DNA of 64,000 nt, from IMG/VR virus record IMGVR_UViG_3300025449_000010, positions 8,068 through 72,067 of that record; one strand, 5' to 3'. Below the pieces are notes generated by a model, which was not told the DNA's origin, ran no database searches, and saw only the letters and a program-made list of their open reading frames with translations. A program made the translations under genes and the position numbers. The DNA is from a virus. This document shows positions 49,861 to 60,800 of this stretch, piece by piece (position 1 is the stretch's first letter; each line of letters starts with the position of its first letter).

Positions 49861-52032
49861 ATGGCAGATGCCACTAATTCTCAGGTTGCGCCTGGTGCTG
49901 CTTTAAATATAATTTGGAGTTCAGTTCTAACTGGTGTACCTATGTATGGTACAAGTTCTGGCGGTAGCTACACTTCAACAAATCAAACACTAACTTTAAA
50001 TACATCAACCACTCCACAAACGGTAAATCCACCAACCAGTGTAGTTAAGAATCAACCAGGCATTACTTTTAAATATGGAACTAATACGTGGTATATGGTT
50101 CTTCAACCTGCAATGGATCCTGTACTGCCAATGCAGGGATCTAGGGGCGCTCCCGGTGCCGCCGCAGGTGGAATAGTAGTTAAGGCTAAACCACTAATAG
50201 CCCGTCATGTGATACCAGGCTTTGGACCAATAATTCAGCATCTAGGTGTCTATAGCACTATAGTTTCCTTCGTAGGAGCATTCGTGGGTTATGAAGGAAC
50301 TAACCAGAATAATATATCAGAATTCTATACCTATCCATCCAGTGTTAATTGGCAATCTAATTCTAATTTAAGCTCAGCTATAGTAGTAGATAGTTATGGA
50401 GCTTTTACTACATTCTGGAATGGAGTAGTTAAAAGCGGTTATCAACTTCAAGTAACTATCGCAACTAACACTATACTGAATGGCAGCAGTTTTAAAGAAA
50501 ATAGTCTAAGAGATTCAACTGGACAACCTAACTTTATTGGATACATTTCTAAAATGGAAGCTATGTATGTCAGAGATGACTTAACATGGTACAACATAGA
50601 CATAGAAGTAGTTGATCAACCTAATGCTATTCCCGTGCAGTTGCCTGCCTGTAAAAACAGTAGCATTAGTAGTAATGATGTAAACAACGTTTCTAATAGT
50701 ATTTGTTCTACTGATCCTAGCTTAGGAGAAAAAGCTCTAAGATGCTATTTAGATCAATGTAAAGCAGTAAAATTAGCAACATTAGCTTCCGATTTAGTAG
50801 TAGATGGAGATCCAAAATCACCATATCAAAAGGCAGTATATAGTGTTTTTTTAATACTAGATACGAGTAAACGAACATTGCCTAAACCTAATAGCGGTAG
50901 ATTTGGCGGCTCTATTGTTAATTCTATATGGTTAAGAAATGTTGGAGATGGTTCAATATACACTAGCGATTCTATTGATATTGCTTATATAAAATCCTTA
51001 TTTGTTAATGTATTAGATGATGATATGACTAATTTAATTAACTATAGAAACAATGAAAATAGAATTATATTAACATATGAAAATAGTTCAATAAAAATTA
51101 ACTTTGACTTTACATATTTAAATCAACAAACAAGTGGTATTAATTCAAGCGGTAATCTTACTATTTCAAATAGTTATGAAATGACTACAAGTATTTTTAA
51201 TAATAATTTTATTAATATAAACATTGACAATAATTTTTACAATTTTACTAGTTATTTAACATATACTAGTTATAATTATTTAAAACTGGTTAGTTCAGAC
51301 GCTCAACTACTTGGATTATCTTCTTGTGTCATAAATAACTCAGACATAAAATTGTTAAATCAAGGCTTACCTGTAGACTCAAAAACAAGTGCAAACCCGA
51401 CTACTACAGCTTTAAACCCAAATACATGTCCTGATGCATTAAAAAACAGCGGCTACTGTACAGCTGTATTTGCAGGTTCATATACATTTTATGTAGCTGG
51501 TTCTTGCAGTGCCACAGGACGTATATATGATTCATCTGGAAATATAGTATCTTTAAGAGGCAATTTAAGTCCTACAAGTAATGTAGATCCTTTAAATTAT
51601 TCTAAAAATCAAGCTGAAAATTTCTCATCAGCAATTCTTGGCGGTTTTGTTTCTGCTTTAGGTAGAGCAGTATCTGGTTCTTCTAATGAATTTTTAATAG
51701 CTAATTATTTTCAAATTAAAAGTGACAATAATGATCTTAATAGTTATCCTGGTCTTCAAGTCTTAGCACTTTTTGATGCAAAATCCTCTGATCCAGGAAA
51801 AATACAAGCTCATCCATATATTGTAGTTACAGGAAATAACCCTGGTAAATTTTACGATGGCTATGGTATAGGTGCGACAACTATCTACAATGTTTTAGTC
51901 TATACCGACGGTAAAGGTCAGTATTATAAGTATAAATCAGATAGCAATAATAATATTACTCTAGACACAGGTCAGGCTTATCAATTTAAAACAGATCCTA
52001 ACTCTGGACAAACAGGATTGTATCAAATTTAA
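49861..52032 (+). CDS. Probable tail-tube initiator/baseplate protein with AT-rich C-terminal extension
   Basis: IARH.IPG.GP.IQHLG......F.G resembles P2 gpU/Mu N-terminal-type domains. Confidence 0.5.
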   Translation: MADATNSQVAPGAALNIIWSSVLTGVPMYGTSSGGSYTSTNQTLTLNTSTTPQTVNPPTSVVKNQPGITFKYGTNTWYMVLQPAMDPVLPMQGSRGAPGAAAGGIVVKAKPLIARHVIPGFGPIIQHLGVYSTIVSFVGAFVGYEGTNQNNISEFYTYPSSVNWQSNSNLSSAIVVDSYGAFTTFWNGVVKSGYQLQVTIATNTILNGSSFKENSLRDSTGQPNFIGYISKMEAMYVRDDLTWYNIDIEVVDQPNAIPVQLPACKNSSISSNDVNNVSNSICSTDPSLGEKALRCYLDQCKAVKLATLASDLVVDGDPKSPYQKAVYSVFLILDTSKRTLPKPNSGRFGGSIVNSIWLRNVGDGSIYTSDSIDIAYIKSLFVNVLDDDMTNLINYRNNENRIILTYENSSIKINFDFTYLNQQTSGINSSGNLTISNSYEMTTSIFNNNFININIDNNFYNFTSYLTYTSYNYLKLVSSDAQLLGLSSCVINNSDIKLLNQGLPVDSKTSANPTTTALNPNTCPDALKNSGYCTAVFAGSYTFYVAGSCSATGRIYDSSGNIVSLRGNLSPTSNVDPLNYSKNQAENFSSAILGGFVSALGRAVSGSSNEFLIANYFQIKSDNNDLNSYPGLQVLALFDAKSSDPGKIQAHPYIVVTGNNPGKFYDGYGIGATTIYNVLVYTDGKGQYYKYKSDSNNNITLDTGQAYQFKTDPNSGQTGLYQI

Positions 52033-52037
52033 TATCT

Positions 52038-52370
52038 ATGCGTACTGACTATCCCGTATCTGAAACTACCCTATTAGCTCTCAACTATCCACCCAGTGAG
52101 CCTATACATGCTCTGATGTTATCTAATGGCTATCTGTGGGCAGATACTACCATACCTGCAGTGAGTATTATCTATATCCTCAATAATGGAACACCTGTCA
52201 GCACATCTATAACTGGAATTCAGTTTACATCCACACAGTCTATTACATCGGGCGGCACCGTGACTACACAACAGCTTGTCCTACAACCACAGGGCATAAC
52301 GCTGTCTATTAGTAATATAACGTACCTGCTCCTGCCCAATGGTCTCAGCTACAGCTCAGCAGCTTCTTAG
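52038..52370 (+). CDS. Hypothetical protein
   Basis: 110-aa ORF within the operon. Confidence 0.5.
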   Translation: MRTDYPVSETTLLALNYPPSEPIHALMLSNGYLWADTTIPAVSIIYILNNGTPVSTSITGIQFTSTQSITSGGTVTTQQLVLQPQGITLSISNITYLLLPNGLSYSSAAS

Positions 52371-53358
52371 CCAAGTACAATCCCTAGTTACACCCCTATC
52401 TGCATTAACAGTGGATAGTAATGCCAGTGCCCAGGCGCAGGTAACTCAGAATCAAGACTATCCAAATCGTCCATATAATCCACCCCTATCCTTCCTCTAC
52501 ACCGATACACTGTCAACATTACTGGCTGAAATCAGTAATAACAACTACATATATGCTGGTCAGATAACCAGACCAGGGACACTGTTAATGCCTGCCCGTA
52601 CCGCCTACGAGCCGCATCATGTATTTGTCAGTAGAACTGGATCCTATGCCTACAGGTTCATCTACATACCCCTGAGATTGTTGGCCAACGGCCCTCAGAT
52701 ACTCTCAATTCCAACATGGACATATGACGGTTCCAGCATCTCTACAGGTACATCCTACAATACTGGCACTATGTTTGCTTCAGATGCCAGTAGCTGGCCG
52801 GTTACACATGGTATCTATTGTCAGGACTACTATCACCCGCTGGTATTCGGTCTACATTTCACTGGCAATGCTGTAGATATTGCAGGCGGCACTCCGCTCT
52901 GGGAATATCAGGACAGACTAGGCTGGCTAGGTGACAGGGGTACCCTCTATCTGGATATATATCAACCGCTTGGTATGCGTTTCCCCCTGGGTATACCGAT
53001 AGGCGGTCAACTGCAGCCAGATCCATCCTACAACAGCGGCGAGCTGTACCTACCCAGTAGCGGCTCATATGATTTAATTGGCTACTATAGGGGATACATG
53101 ACCAATGATACCTATAGTCAGACCACCTACTATCTCTACCAGTATCCCGGTGGAGTGTTTCTGAGCAGTGCCGTCCCAATTCCCATACAGATAAATACGG
53201 TATGGAATCAGTCTCACACCATATGGAATACATCTCAGTGGCAGTGGGGTAATAACACCTATAACCCCCTGTCCAGCGTAATCAGCAGTCTGAGTGGCAG
53301 TGAGGCATCTGCTATTACCAGACAATCTGTAATTCAAACATGGACGGAGGTGCGCTGA
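52339..53358 (+). CDS. Hypothetical (probable structural) protein
   Basis: 339-aa ORF within the operon. Confidence 0.55.
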   Translation: MVSATAQQLLSQVQSLVTPLSALTVDSNASAQAQVTQNQDYPNRPYNPPLSFLYTDTLSTLLAEISNNNYIYAGQITRPGTLLMPARTAYEPHHVFVSRTGSYAYRFIYIPLRLLANGPQILSIPTWTYDGSSISTGTSYNTGTMFASDASSWPVTHGIYCQDYYHPLVFGLHFTGNAVDIAGGTPLWEYQDRLGWLGDRGTLYLDIYQPLGMRFPLGIPIGGQLQPDPSYNSGELYLPSSGSYDLIGYYRGYMTNDTYSQTTYYLYQYPGGVFLSSAVPIPIQINTVWNQSHTIWNTSQWQWGNNTYNPLSSVISSLSGSEASAITRQSVIQTWTEVR

Positions 53359-54062
53359 TGGGAATACTATCCAGTAATTATCAACTGATAGAGATGTATG
53401 TAGGTGGCAGCACTGCGCTACAGAACAAGGTACCAGACAGCGTCATCATGGAGCTGACCAGGAGACCGCAGGAACAGACCGTTATAGTTAATGCAGCTGC
53501 CTATGTCTTCAGTCTGACCTCCCCCTACGGCTACGATCCACATATACTCTCAGGCAATATCTATGCTGTCTATAATCAGGCAGGGAGAATGCTCTATCAG
53601 GTGGCTGGTCATAACGGCATCTGGGGACGTAATGCACTGGACGCTCAGTTGGTATTCGGTAGCCAGCCCTGGGAATACTATTTCGTCAATGCAGGAGGGG
53701 GTATTGTATATGGAATACTTCGAGGAGAAGATCCCATACCCTTGGGCAGCAGTGGGGACACATCAACCTCTCTCAGTAGTGGCAACGGCTGCACCCTGAT
53801 ACTCAGCGGCAGTGGCACAGTCTACGTTCTAGCTAAGGGTACACGTACCAGCAGCATCTCAGCTGCCATCGTCATGGCACAGGGTAAATCTACTGTCATT
53901 ACCGGTGCCGCCCCAGTATCAGTGATCATCTCCAGTGATAGCTGGATATATCTACAGAATGCATCAGGTACGCCCAGTACTGCGATTCTGCCTGGTGATA
54001 AGGTAGCCAGTGGGCTATATTTCACCAGAGCCAGCTCGCCAGATACTGCCATTACCGTTTAA
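53358..54062 (+). CDS. Hypothetical (probable structural) protein
   Basis: TGATG coupling at 53356-53360 supports a start at 53358 rather than 53340. Confidence 0.55.
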   Translation: MGILSSNYQLIEMYVGGSTALQNKVPDSVIMELTRRPQEQTVIVNAAAYVFSLTSPYGYDPHILSGNIYAVYNQAGRMLYQVAGHNGIWGRNALDAQLVFGSQPWEYYFVNAGGGIVYGILRGEDPIPLGSSGDTSTSLSSGNGCTLILSGSGTVYVLAKGTRTSSISAAIVMAQGKSTVITGAAPVSVIISSDSWIYLQNASGTPSTAILPGDKVASGLYFTRASSPDTAITV

Positions 54063-54065
54063 TAT

Positions 54066-56507
54066 ATGCAGAAGCAGATAGATATCTCCTCAGGCTTCAT
54101 GTCACAGTTACTGAAGCTATATCAGAGCGGCAGTCCTCTCAGTATTGTAGAATTCGTTGAGCAGGTGCTACTGAATGGACAGGTCAATCTATTCCTGGGT
54201 CAGAAGATAGTCCTCAAGAGTTTCTACGGTGAAGAACTCAGCCCAGAGGAGCAGGATACCCTGATTCGCTGGAGGGAGAATGAACAGCGCACCACATGGA
54301 TACCGGGTAGACAATACAGCAATCTGATTCTGGAGAGTGGTAGACGCTGTGTGGTGGGGAGTACCATGCTGGCAACTCCCAGCGGACTGCAGCGCATAGA
54401 TTCCCTGGCATCTGAGACAGGAGCACATATAGAGACTGTATCTGCCAGGGGCGGCACCGCTGAAATGGTCTACTACTATAATCAGGGCAGACAGAAGACC
54501 TACAGACTGGTCACCTCATCTGGACGTACCCTACAGGGTACGCCTAATCACCCAGTCATGGTTCAGAGAGATGGCATGTACCTATGGGTACCGCTGAGTG
54601 ATGTAATTACCAGTGATCAGATATTGATATCCCGCAGCCACTGCCTGGGCAACGGTGCCGCCTACACCTACTATGAGAATCAACTATGGTCAGACAGTAT
54701 CTGGAACTACAGCCATGAGAACATCTGCCGTCATCTCAGTCGTCAGATAACAGCCAGTCAGAGTGGTGACATCAACAATATCAGAAGCCATAGCTACGAA
54801 TATATACGCAGACATCAGATACTGGCAACTGCTGTGGGAATACCCTCCAGCATCATAACCTCCAGGAAGGGGCATCCCCTGACAGACGGTACCTGGATAC
54901 TCCGCATGGATCCGAAGTGGCGGGCACGGGTACTGAATAAGCGAGGCAGCGGACTGGATGAATGGGTAGAACAGGTATCCAGTGTCACCTATGCAGGCTA
55001 CGAGAATGTCTACGATATCCATGTACCTGGCGATCATGCCTTCTGGGGAGATGGTTTCATCAATCACAACAGCGGTAAGAGCATGCTGGTCAGTGCAGTA
55101 GTTCTCTATGAGTTCTATAATCTGATTACACTGAACTCACCTGCCAAGCACTACGGTCTGGTACCCTCAGATCCCATACATATATTCGTAATTGCCCAGT
55201 CAGCAGAACAGGTCAAGGAAACCCTCTTCGCTAAGATAATAGGCTATGCCAGTGAGAGTATGCTCTTCCAGTCCCTGGCTAAGAGCGGCGAGATAGAGAT
55301 GCTGGCAACTGAAATTCGCTGTCCCGGGAAGAATGTGGCTATCTCAGCTAAGCATAGCCGCTCACAGTCCCTGGTCGGCTATAACCTCAAGCTCTTCGTA
55401 CTGGATGAGGCATCACGGTTCGAGACCAATGAACTGGGTGTCAATACAGCAGATACCCTCTTCGATAACGTGGGTAAGGCAGTCAGCACCTTCGGTAAAC
55501 ATGGCAAGAGAGTCATGATCTCCAGTGCCTGGTGTGAGGGCGACCCCATCCAGCGTGCCTATGACCACTGTCACAGGGATCCCTACAGTCTGGGAATGAG
55601 ACTGACCACATGGCATCTCAATCACAGCCCCAATGTAGCCAGAGATAGTCCACAGATAGTGTCAGACTACCTGAAGAACGAACAACTAGCCCGACTGGAA
55701 TATGAGGGCATCCGCCCCAGTGCCAGCGGTGGTATGTTCACCACGGATATGATTGACAGCTGCACCACTGGACATTCCATGGTAGATACTGCAGCCACTG
55801 ACCTGGATGTCAGGGGACCTGAGGAGACCAGGAGGTACGTGGGAATTAATATACTGAGATGTGAACCCAGTCAGGGACCTGGCTATGGGCACATAGACTA
55901 TGGACTCAAGCGAGACAACTGCGCCTTCGCCTTCGCAGCACCTGGAGAGAAGGATGGCAGCTGGACTATCAACATAGAGGGACTGATCCTCTGGCAGCCC
56001 CGCATGACTGATGGGGGTATCAGGAGTGTCTCCTTCACCAATGTCGAGGACACCCTGATCCAGATATCGGTGCGGCGCAATATACGCTACCTGTCCTTCG
56101 ACCAGTGGAACAGTGAGGCCACAATACAGAGACTGCATGAGCAGGGGATAGTGACTGAGCTGCTGGGCGTGTCCCGTCCCAAGCAGATGCTCTACTACAC
56201 TCTCCTGCGCCAGCTACTACTGGAGGGACGTATACAGTTCCCCATGGACAGCATCTGGATGCCAGACCTGAAGGCAGAATTACATGGACTGGTAGTGCAG
56301 GCTAACGGTAAGATAATACATCCCAGTGCCAATAAGGATCTGGCAGATGCGGTGGCATGCGCTGTCTGGAACTGCCATGAGAAGATGGCAATTGCAGGTC
56401 TGATGCGCACTGGTCAGGGCAATGCACCCTTCAATAGACATAGTTCACACAGTGCCACCAGCAATATGGCAAGACTGAAGAGACTGAAGAAAACTAGGAG
56501 CATATAG
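54066..56507 (+). CDS. Terminase large subunit with intein
   Basis: Spliced Walker A GRR|SGKS; Walker B FVLDE; motif III ISSA; RNase H-like HID.G...D, FDQWNS, KD.ADA. Confidence 0.92.
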   Translation: MQKQIDISSGFMSQLLKLYQSGSPLSIVEFVEQVLLNGQVNLFLGQKIVLKSFYGEELSPEEQDTLIRWRENEQRTTWIPGRQYSNLILESGRRCVVGSTMLATPSGLQRIDSLASETGAHIETVSARGGTAEMVYYYNQGRQKTYRLVTSSGRTLQGTPNHPVMVQRDGMYLWVPLSDVITSDQILISRSHCLGNGAAYTYYENQLWSDSIWNYSHENICRHLSRQITASQSGDINNIRSHSYEYIRRHQILATAVGIPSSIITSRKGHPLTDGTWILRMDPKWRARVLNKRGSGLDEWVEQVSSVTYAGYENVYDIHVPGDHAFWGDGFINHNSGKSMLVSAVVLYEFYNLITLNSPAKHYGLVPSDPIHIFVIAQSAEQVKETLFAKIIGYASESMLFQSLAKSGEIEMLATEIRCPGKNVAISAKHSRSQSLVGYNLKLFVLDEASRFETNELGVNTADTLFDNVGKAVSTFGKHGKRVMISSAWCEGDPIQRAYDHCHRDPYSLGMRLTTWHLNHSPNVARDSPQIVSDYLKNEQLARLEYEGIRPSASGGMFTTDMIDSCTTGHSMVDTAATDLDVRGPEETRRYVGINILRCEPSQGPGYGHIDYGLKRDNCAFAFAAPGEKDGSWTINIEGLILWQPRMTDGGIRSVSFTNVEDTLIQISVRRNIRYLSFDQWNSEATIQRLHEQGIVTELLGVSRPKQMLYYTLLRQLLLEGRIQFPMDSIWMPDLKAELHGLVVQANGKIIHPSANKDLADAVACAVWNCHEKMAIAGLMRTGQGNAPFNRHSSHSATSNMARLKRLKKTRSI
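54348..55070 (+). mobile_element. Intein (241 aa) with degenerate homing-endonuclease remnant
   Basis: Starts CVVGST, block B GTPNHP, ends VYDIHV...HAF..DGFINHN followed by Ser. Confidence 0.92.
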
Positions 56508-56508
56508 G

Positions 56509-57888
56509 ATGTCCGGCACCCCAGGTACCCCGATTGATTGGCAAGAACCCTACCTGAATCCGCTATATCAGGATGGCGGTAGCTACGGTGATCCAGTGTA
56601 TGTAGACACCACTGAACCTGGCGTAGACCCAGCCCTGCTACAGGGACGCGAGAGTGGCATATACATAGATGACATAGCTGACGTAGACTACATTCAGATC
56701 TATATACCTCAGAACGACAGGCACGTGGGGCGAGCTATCCATCAGGAACTCCATGTGACCGGACAGAACTATGTCTATGTCCAGGTGCCGCCCACTGTGG
56801 GCTATGGTGTTAACTCCTGCTACATAGTCGAATACTATAAATACATAGCTCCAGTGCCGCTCAACTACACCATGTCTGGCACCAACTCAGTCACCATCAA
56901 CGGTACCCCCATCACCAGACAACTGAGTCGCTCAATACAGCTGCCAGGTAGATCCAGAAAGGAGCTACTCTACAGTCAGTACTGGTTGGTACCCACCTTC
57001 AAGGGCTATAGGTATCTACGACACAGGGACACCATACTGGAACAACGTCTGCCAGACCGTAGACGCAATATAGAGCTGATCATGAATGCCAGCACCTTCA
57101 CCCAGGTCAATGGATCAGATCCCCTGACCAGCGATATTCAGCTCATAGTCAGTGTCATGGCAACTCCAATCACAGCCAGTGCCACCCCAATTATCAGCAA
57201 CGGCATCATCACTGGACTCAGTATAGTGGGAGGTGGCTCTAACTACACCACTGCACCTACCATCACCATCACCAGTGCCACAGGTACGGGAGCCCGTGCA
57301 ACTGCTATTATCACCAGGGGTATAGTAACTGGCTATACAGGACTCGTGGGCGGCACCGGGTACCTGGCAGGCAATACGACTGTCAGCATAGCGCCGCCCA
57401 CCTCCCAGGCAACTGCCACAGTCACAGTCACAGGCGGTGTCATCACAGCCATCACAGTGACCAATGGAGGTGCAGGATACTCCAGTGCCTATCCTCCCAA
57501 CATCAGTTTCACCAGCAGCACCGGAACAGGAGCCAGTGCCACCCTGACTGTGGCTAATGGCAGGATAACAGGCTACACCAACCTGATAGGTGGATACGGC
57601 TATGCAACCGTAACAGCCACCATAGACCCCCCAGGTGTCAATACATACTATGCCCAGACAACAGACTGGGAACGCACTGCAGACGGCATACAGTGGCTGA
57701 CCACGGCGCCGCCCACTCAATATTTGATCATGTACCGTCCATGCTACTACAAGGAAGAAGTAACCTACATTCCTAACTCAACTGAGTTGACAGTAGTCAA
57801 CCACAGACAGCTAATGCCAGAACAACAGCTCTTCAACGGGTTACTCTATAATCCAGCCCTGACATATCCATATCCCTGGATTGGTTAA
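56509..57888 (+). CDS. Virion structural protein with (ATA..GG.IT.I.V..GG.GY..P) repeats
   Basis: About four beta repeats of the type seen in large myophage baseplate/neck proteins (57170-57630). Confidence 0.65.
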   Translation: MSGTPGTPIDWQEPYLNPLYQDGGSYGDPVYVDTTEPGVDPALLQGRESGIYIDDIADVDYIQIYIPQNDRHVGRAIHQELHVTGQNYVYVQVPPTVGYGVNSCYIVEYYKYIAPVPLNYTMSGTNSVTINGTPITRQLSRSIQLPGRSRKELLYSQYWLVPTFKGYRYLRHRDTILEQRLPDRRRNIELIMNASTFTQVNGSDPLTSDIQLIVSVMATPITASATPIISNGIITGLSIVGGGSNYTTAPTITITSATGTGARATAIITRGIVTGYTGLVGGTGYLAGNTTVSIAPPTSQATATVTVTGGVITAITVTNGGAGYSSAYPPNISFTSSTGTGASATLTVANGRITGYTNLIGGYGYATVTATIDPPGVNTYYAQTTDWERTADGIQWLTTAPPTQYLIMYRPCYYKEEVTYIPNSTELTVVNHRQLMPEQQLFNGLLYNPALTYPYPWIG

Positions 57889-60800
57889 TGGATAATTATC
57901 ATCCACTGATAGGTAGCACTAATAGCGGCGGAGGCAATTGGAATATCTTCGCTAACACTGAATGGGATGATTTTAAAGACTCAAGTATAAATAAGACTAT
58001 TGCCCTATCTTCTAGTGTTCAGGAATCCTATTTCTATGGACTGAATATACGCAATATCTCCATGAGATATTCTAGGCAGAACTATAGAAGACTGAGCGGT
58101 ACCACTGAAGGTACGGCAACTGCACTCTATCGAATGACTGAAAGTCAGATGGATAGGTTAACCAGCAAAGGAGCGGTGCCGCTACCTGTATCCTATTTCG
58201 ATATGGTAACTACTACGCCAGGGCTAGGTAGTTACATCAATGAATGGGCCATATCTACTGGCATCAGTTCAGGACCTCTACTGAGCGGTAAACATAGCTT
58301 CATGGCCTCTATGTTTGCTGGAATCGGAGGTGCCATAGATTCAAGTTTTGGATTCAATAAACAGACCAATACAGACCCCTACTTTCAAGATAGCTATAGA
58401 GTCAATCAAACTGATGCCTATAAGATGCAGAAGGATGGACCTACTGCAACTGTTCTAGGAAATATTTATCAGTTTGCTGAGAGTGCCACCTACTCAGTAA
58501 TTTCATATTTAGCAATAGCCTATCCTCTAGCCACTGTCAGCGATAAGATTATCACTAACTTTACTGAAGGTTTACTAACAAAGTCAATACAGAATAAAGA
58601 TGGATTTAGTGCTGTAATTAGAAAAATATCAGGAATATCGAAAGAATATGATAAGTTAGACCCCACAGACATTGATTTTTATAAAAAATTAAAAGCTGGA
58701 ATTGAAAGCAGCGATATAGATCCATACTATTTTCATAATCAAGTAGTCAGAAAATCTGCTTCTGATATGTGGAGCGGTACTCTGGATTTAATCACTTATA
58801 TTGCTTCACCCTTTAAAGTTGGCAGTGAAGGTCATCGATCTATGCAGCAAGCAGGTCAAGCTGTCGGAGAAGAATTAGCTTCTGTAACTAAACTCGTCCT
58901 AGATGATAGAACCAAGACAATCGCACTTGAAAATACAGGTTTCACTAGAGCACGAAGATTAGCTAAAAAACTAGACAACTTCCTAGAGTATATACCTCTC
59001 AATCCTTTACTCTGGTCATGGGGAGGTATTAATCCCAATCAGGCTACCATACATGATGGCTTTACATCTCTAAAAGACGCTATATCTCTATCAGGTGCAC
59101 TGGATATATGGAAAAAATTCTATGATGATGGCAGAATTCAAGATGCAAAAGCTGAAGCATCAAGGGGACTGGCTAAGCCAGTTACATATTCATTTAAATT
59201 AGCCTATGTATTAAGTAAAAATTTTATAAAAGAATTATTTAGTGATTTTCATCAACAGGTAGTATCAGATGAGTTCTATAAACATCCTATTATAAAAAAA
59301 GAAGATATAGAGAATAAATCTGAGGAGTTAAAAGTAGAATATACAAAAAATAATCCTAATTCTCCATTACCTCCAGATGAACAGTTTCAAAACGAAGCTA
59401 AAAATGAATTAGAACTGATTGCTGATAATAAATTAGCTATTGGAAAGATTAATTTTAGAAGTTTTTTTACAAAAAGTGCTAATTACCTATACGGTCGCAC
59501 TAAACAGTTAATGAACTCGCCTGCTAAGACTCTTCAAGTTAATAATCAAGGGCATTTAATTATAAATTTAATAGATAAAGATGGAAATATAAATGAAGAA
59601 AAACTAGAAGAATTTAAAACTTATATAGAAGAAATCAGTCCTGTTCAAAAAAGAATAGAACGTCAAATAAATAAAAGACAATCGGCGGTATTAGCCCAAA
59701 AAAATCAATATATAGAGTATGAAAGTGCCAATATCAGTGCTCAGAATAATAAAAATATATGGAGTAGTAAGTTAGGTAAATTTATAGTATTAGGAGGTAT
59801 TGCCAGTTTTTTAGTCTCTAGAGCTGCTAGTGATTTATTTAGTGTAAATATACATGCATCACAGTTGACTCAGATGCTAGAGTCAGCAACAGGAAGAAAA
59901 GAATATCACAACCTATTAACTCAAGGTCAAAACGTAGATATTGAAGCCAATAATATAGTAGATTTAAGTGACATTTTGCTGATTGGTCAGTCTACAGGTG
60001 TTTTTGGACAGGGAATCGGTATTGGTTCTCATTCAGGTGAATCTAAAAAAGAATATGAACAGCGCTATTCAGATACAGTATTAAAATTACATACAATTCA
60101 ATCTATTGCTGGTATAGGAGTTACTCTAGCGGCAGGTTATGTAGCTGGAAGAAGAGCAGGTAGAGGTGATTTAGAAATAACAGTAAATCTTGGAGAGGAA
60201 ACCAGTGAGGCGTATAAAGGTATAAAATCTCTTCTGGATAAATCTGGTATGGCCTTAGAGGGCAATACTATAAGGATAGCAGGAGGTAGAAAATTAGGAC
60301 TTAATTTAAAATATGCAGGACTAGCAGCTATCGGTGTCTCCTGGCTGATACCTAATGCCATAAACTATACTTTCTCTAGATTAAGGTCAACTTCTAGATT
60401 TGTAAAAGGACTTTTTGGACTAGGGCCATCCTCATCTACTAGAAAGTACTTAAATATGAATGCAGATGCCTCCTCATATTTAGAGGGATATTTTAGTAAC
60501 ATTAAAGCGCAGGTAATGATGGGTAAGAGTCCATCTAAATCTTCTCTAGAATCTGCCTTAATGGCTAGATTAGTATCTAAAAGTCTTGATATATACAATA
60601 GACCAGATGAACAGGTAATAAATACTGCTGAAGGAAATATAGTTACTCCCGTACAAACTGCAGGTAACTTAGCTTTTCAATCTCAGATGCCAATATTAAC
60701 TCCCCAAACTGATGTTGAAAATATTAAACAAGCTGGCAATAAAACTGGACAATACTTCATAAGTGAAGGCTTTAGAGGACCCATGCTCTTAGGTTACAAC

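Larger units (their letters stand above)
2323..57713. repeat. Dispersed highly iterated octamer GGCGGCRC / GYGCCGCC
   Basis: At least 53 sites counted by eye; the full palindrome GGCGGCGCCGCC occurs at 29074, 29400 and 42355. Confidence 0.85.

Noticed and set aside
39769-57888. Diversity-generating retroelement acting on tail genes
   Set aside because: No reverse transcriptase and no template/variable repeat pair were seen in the window.
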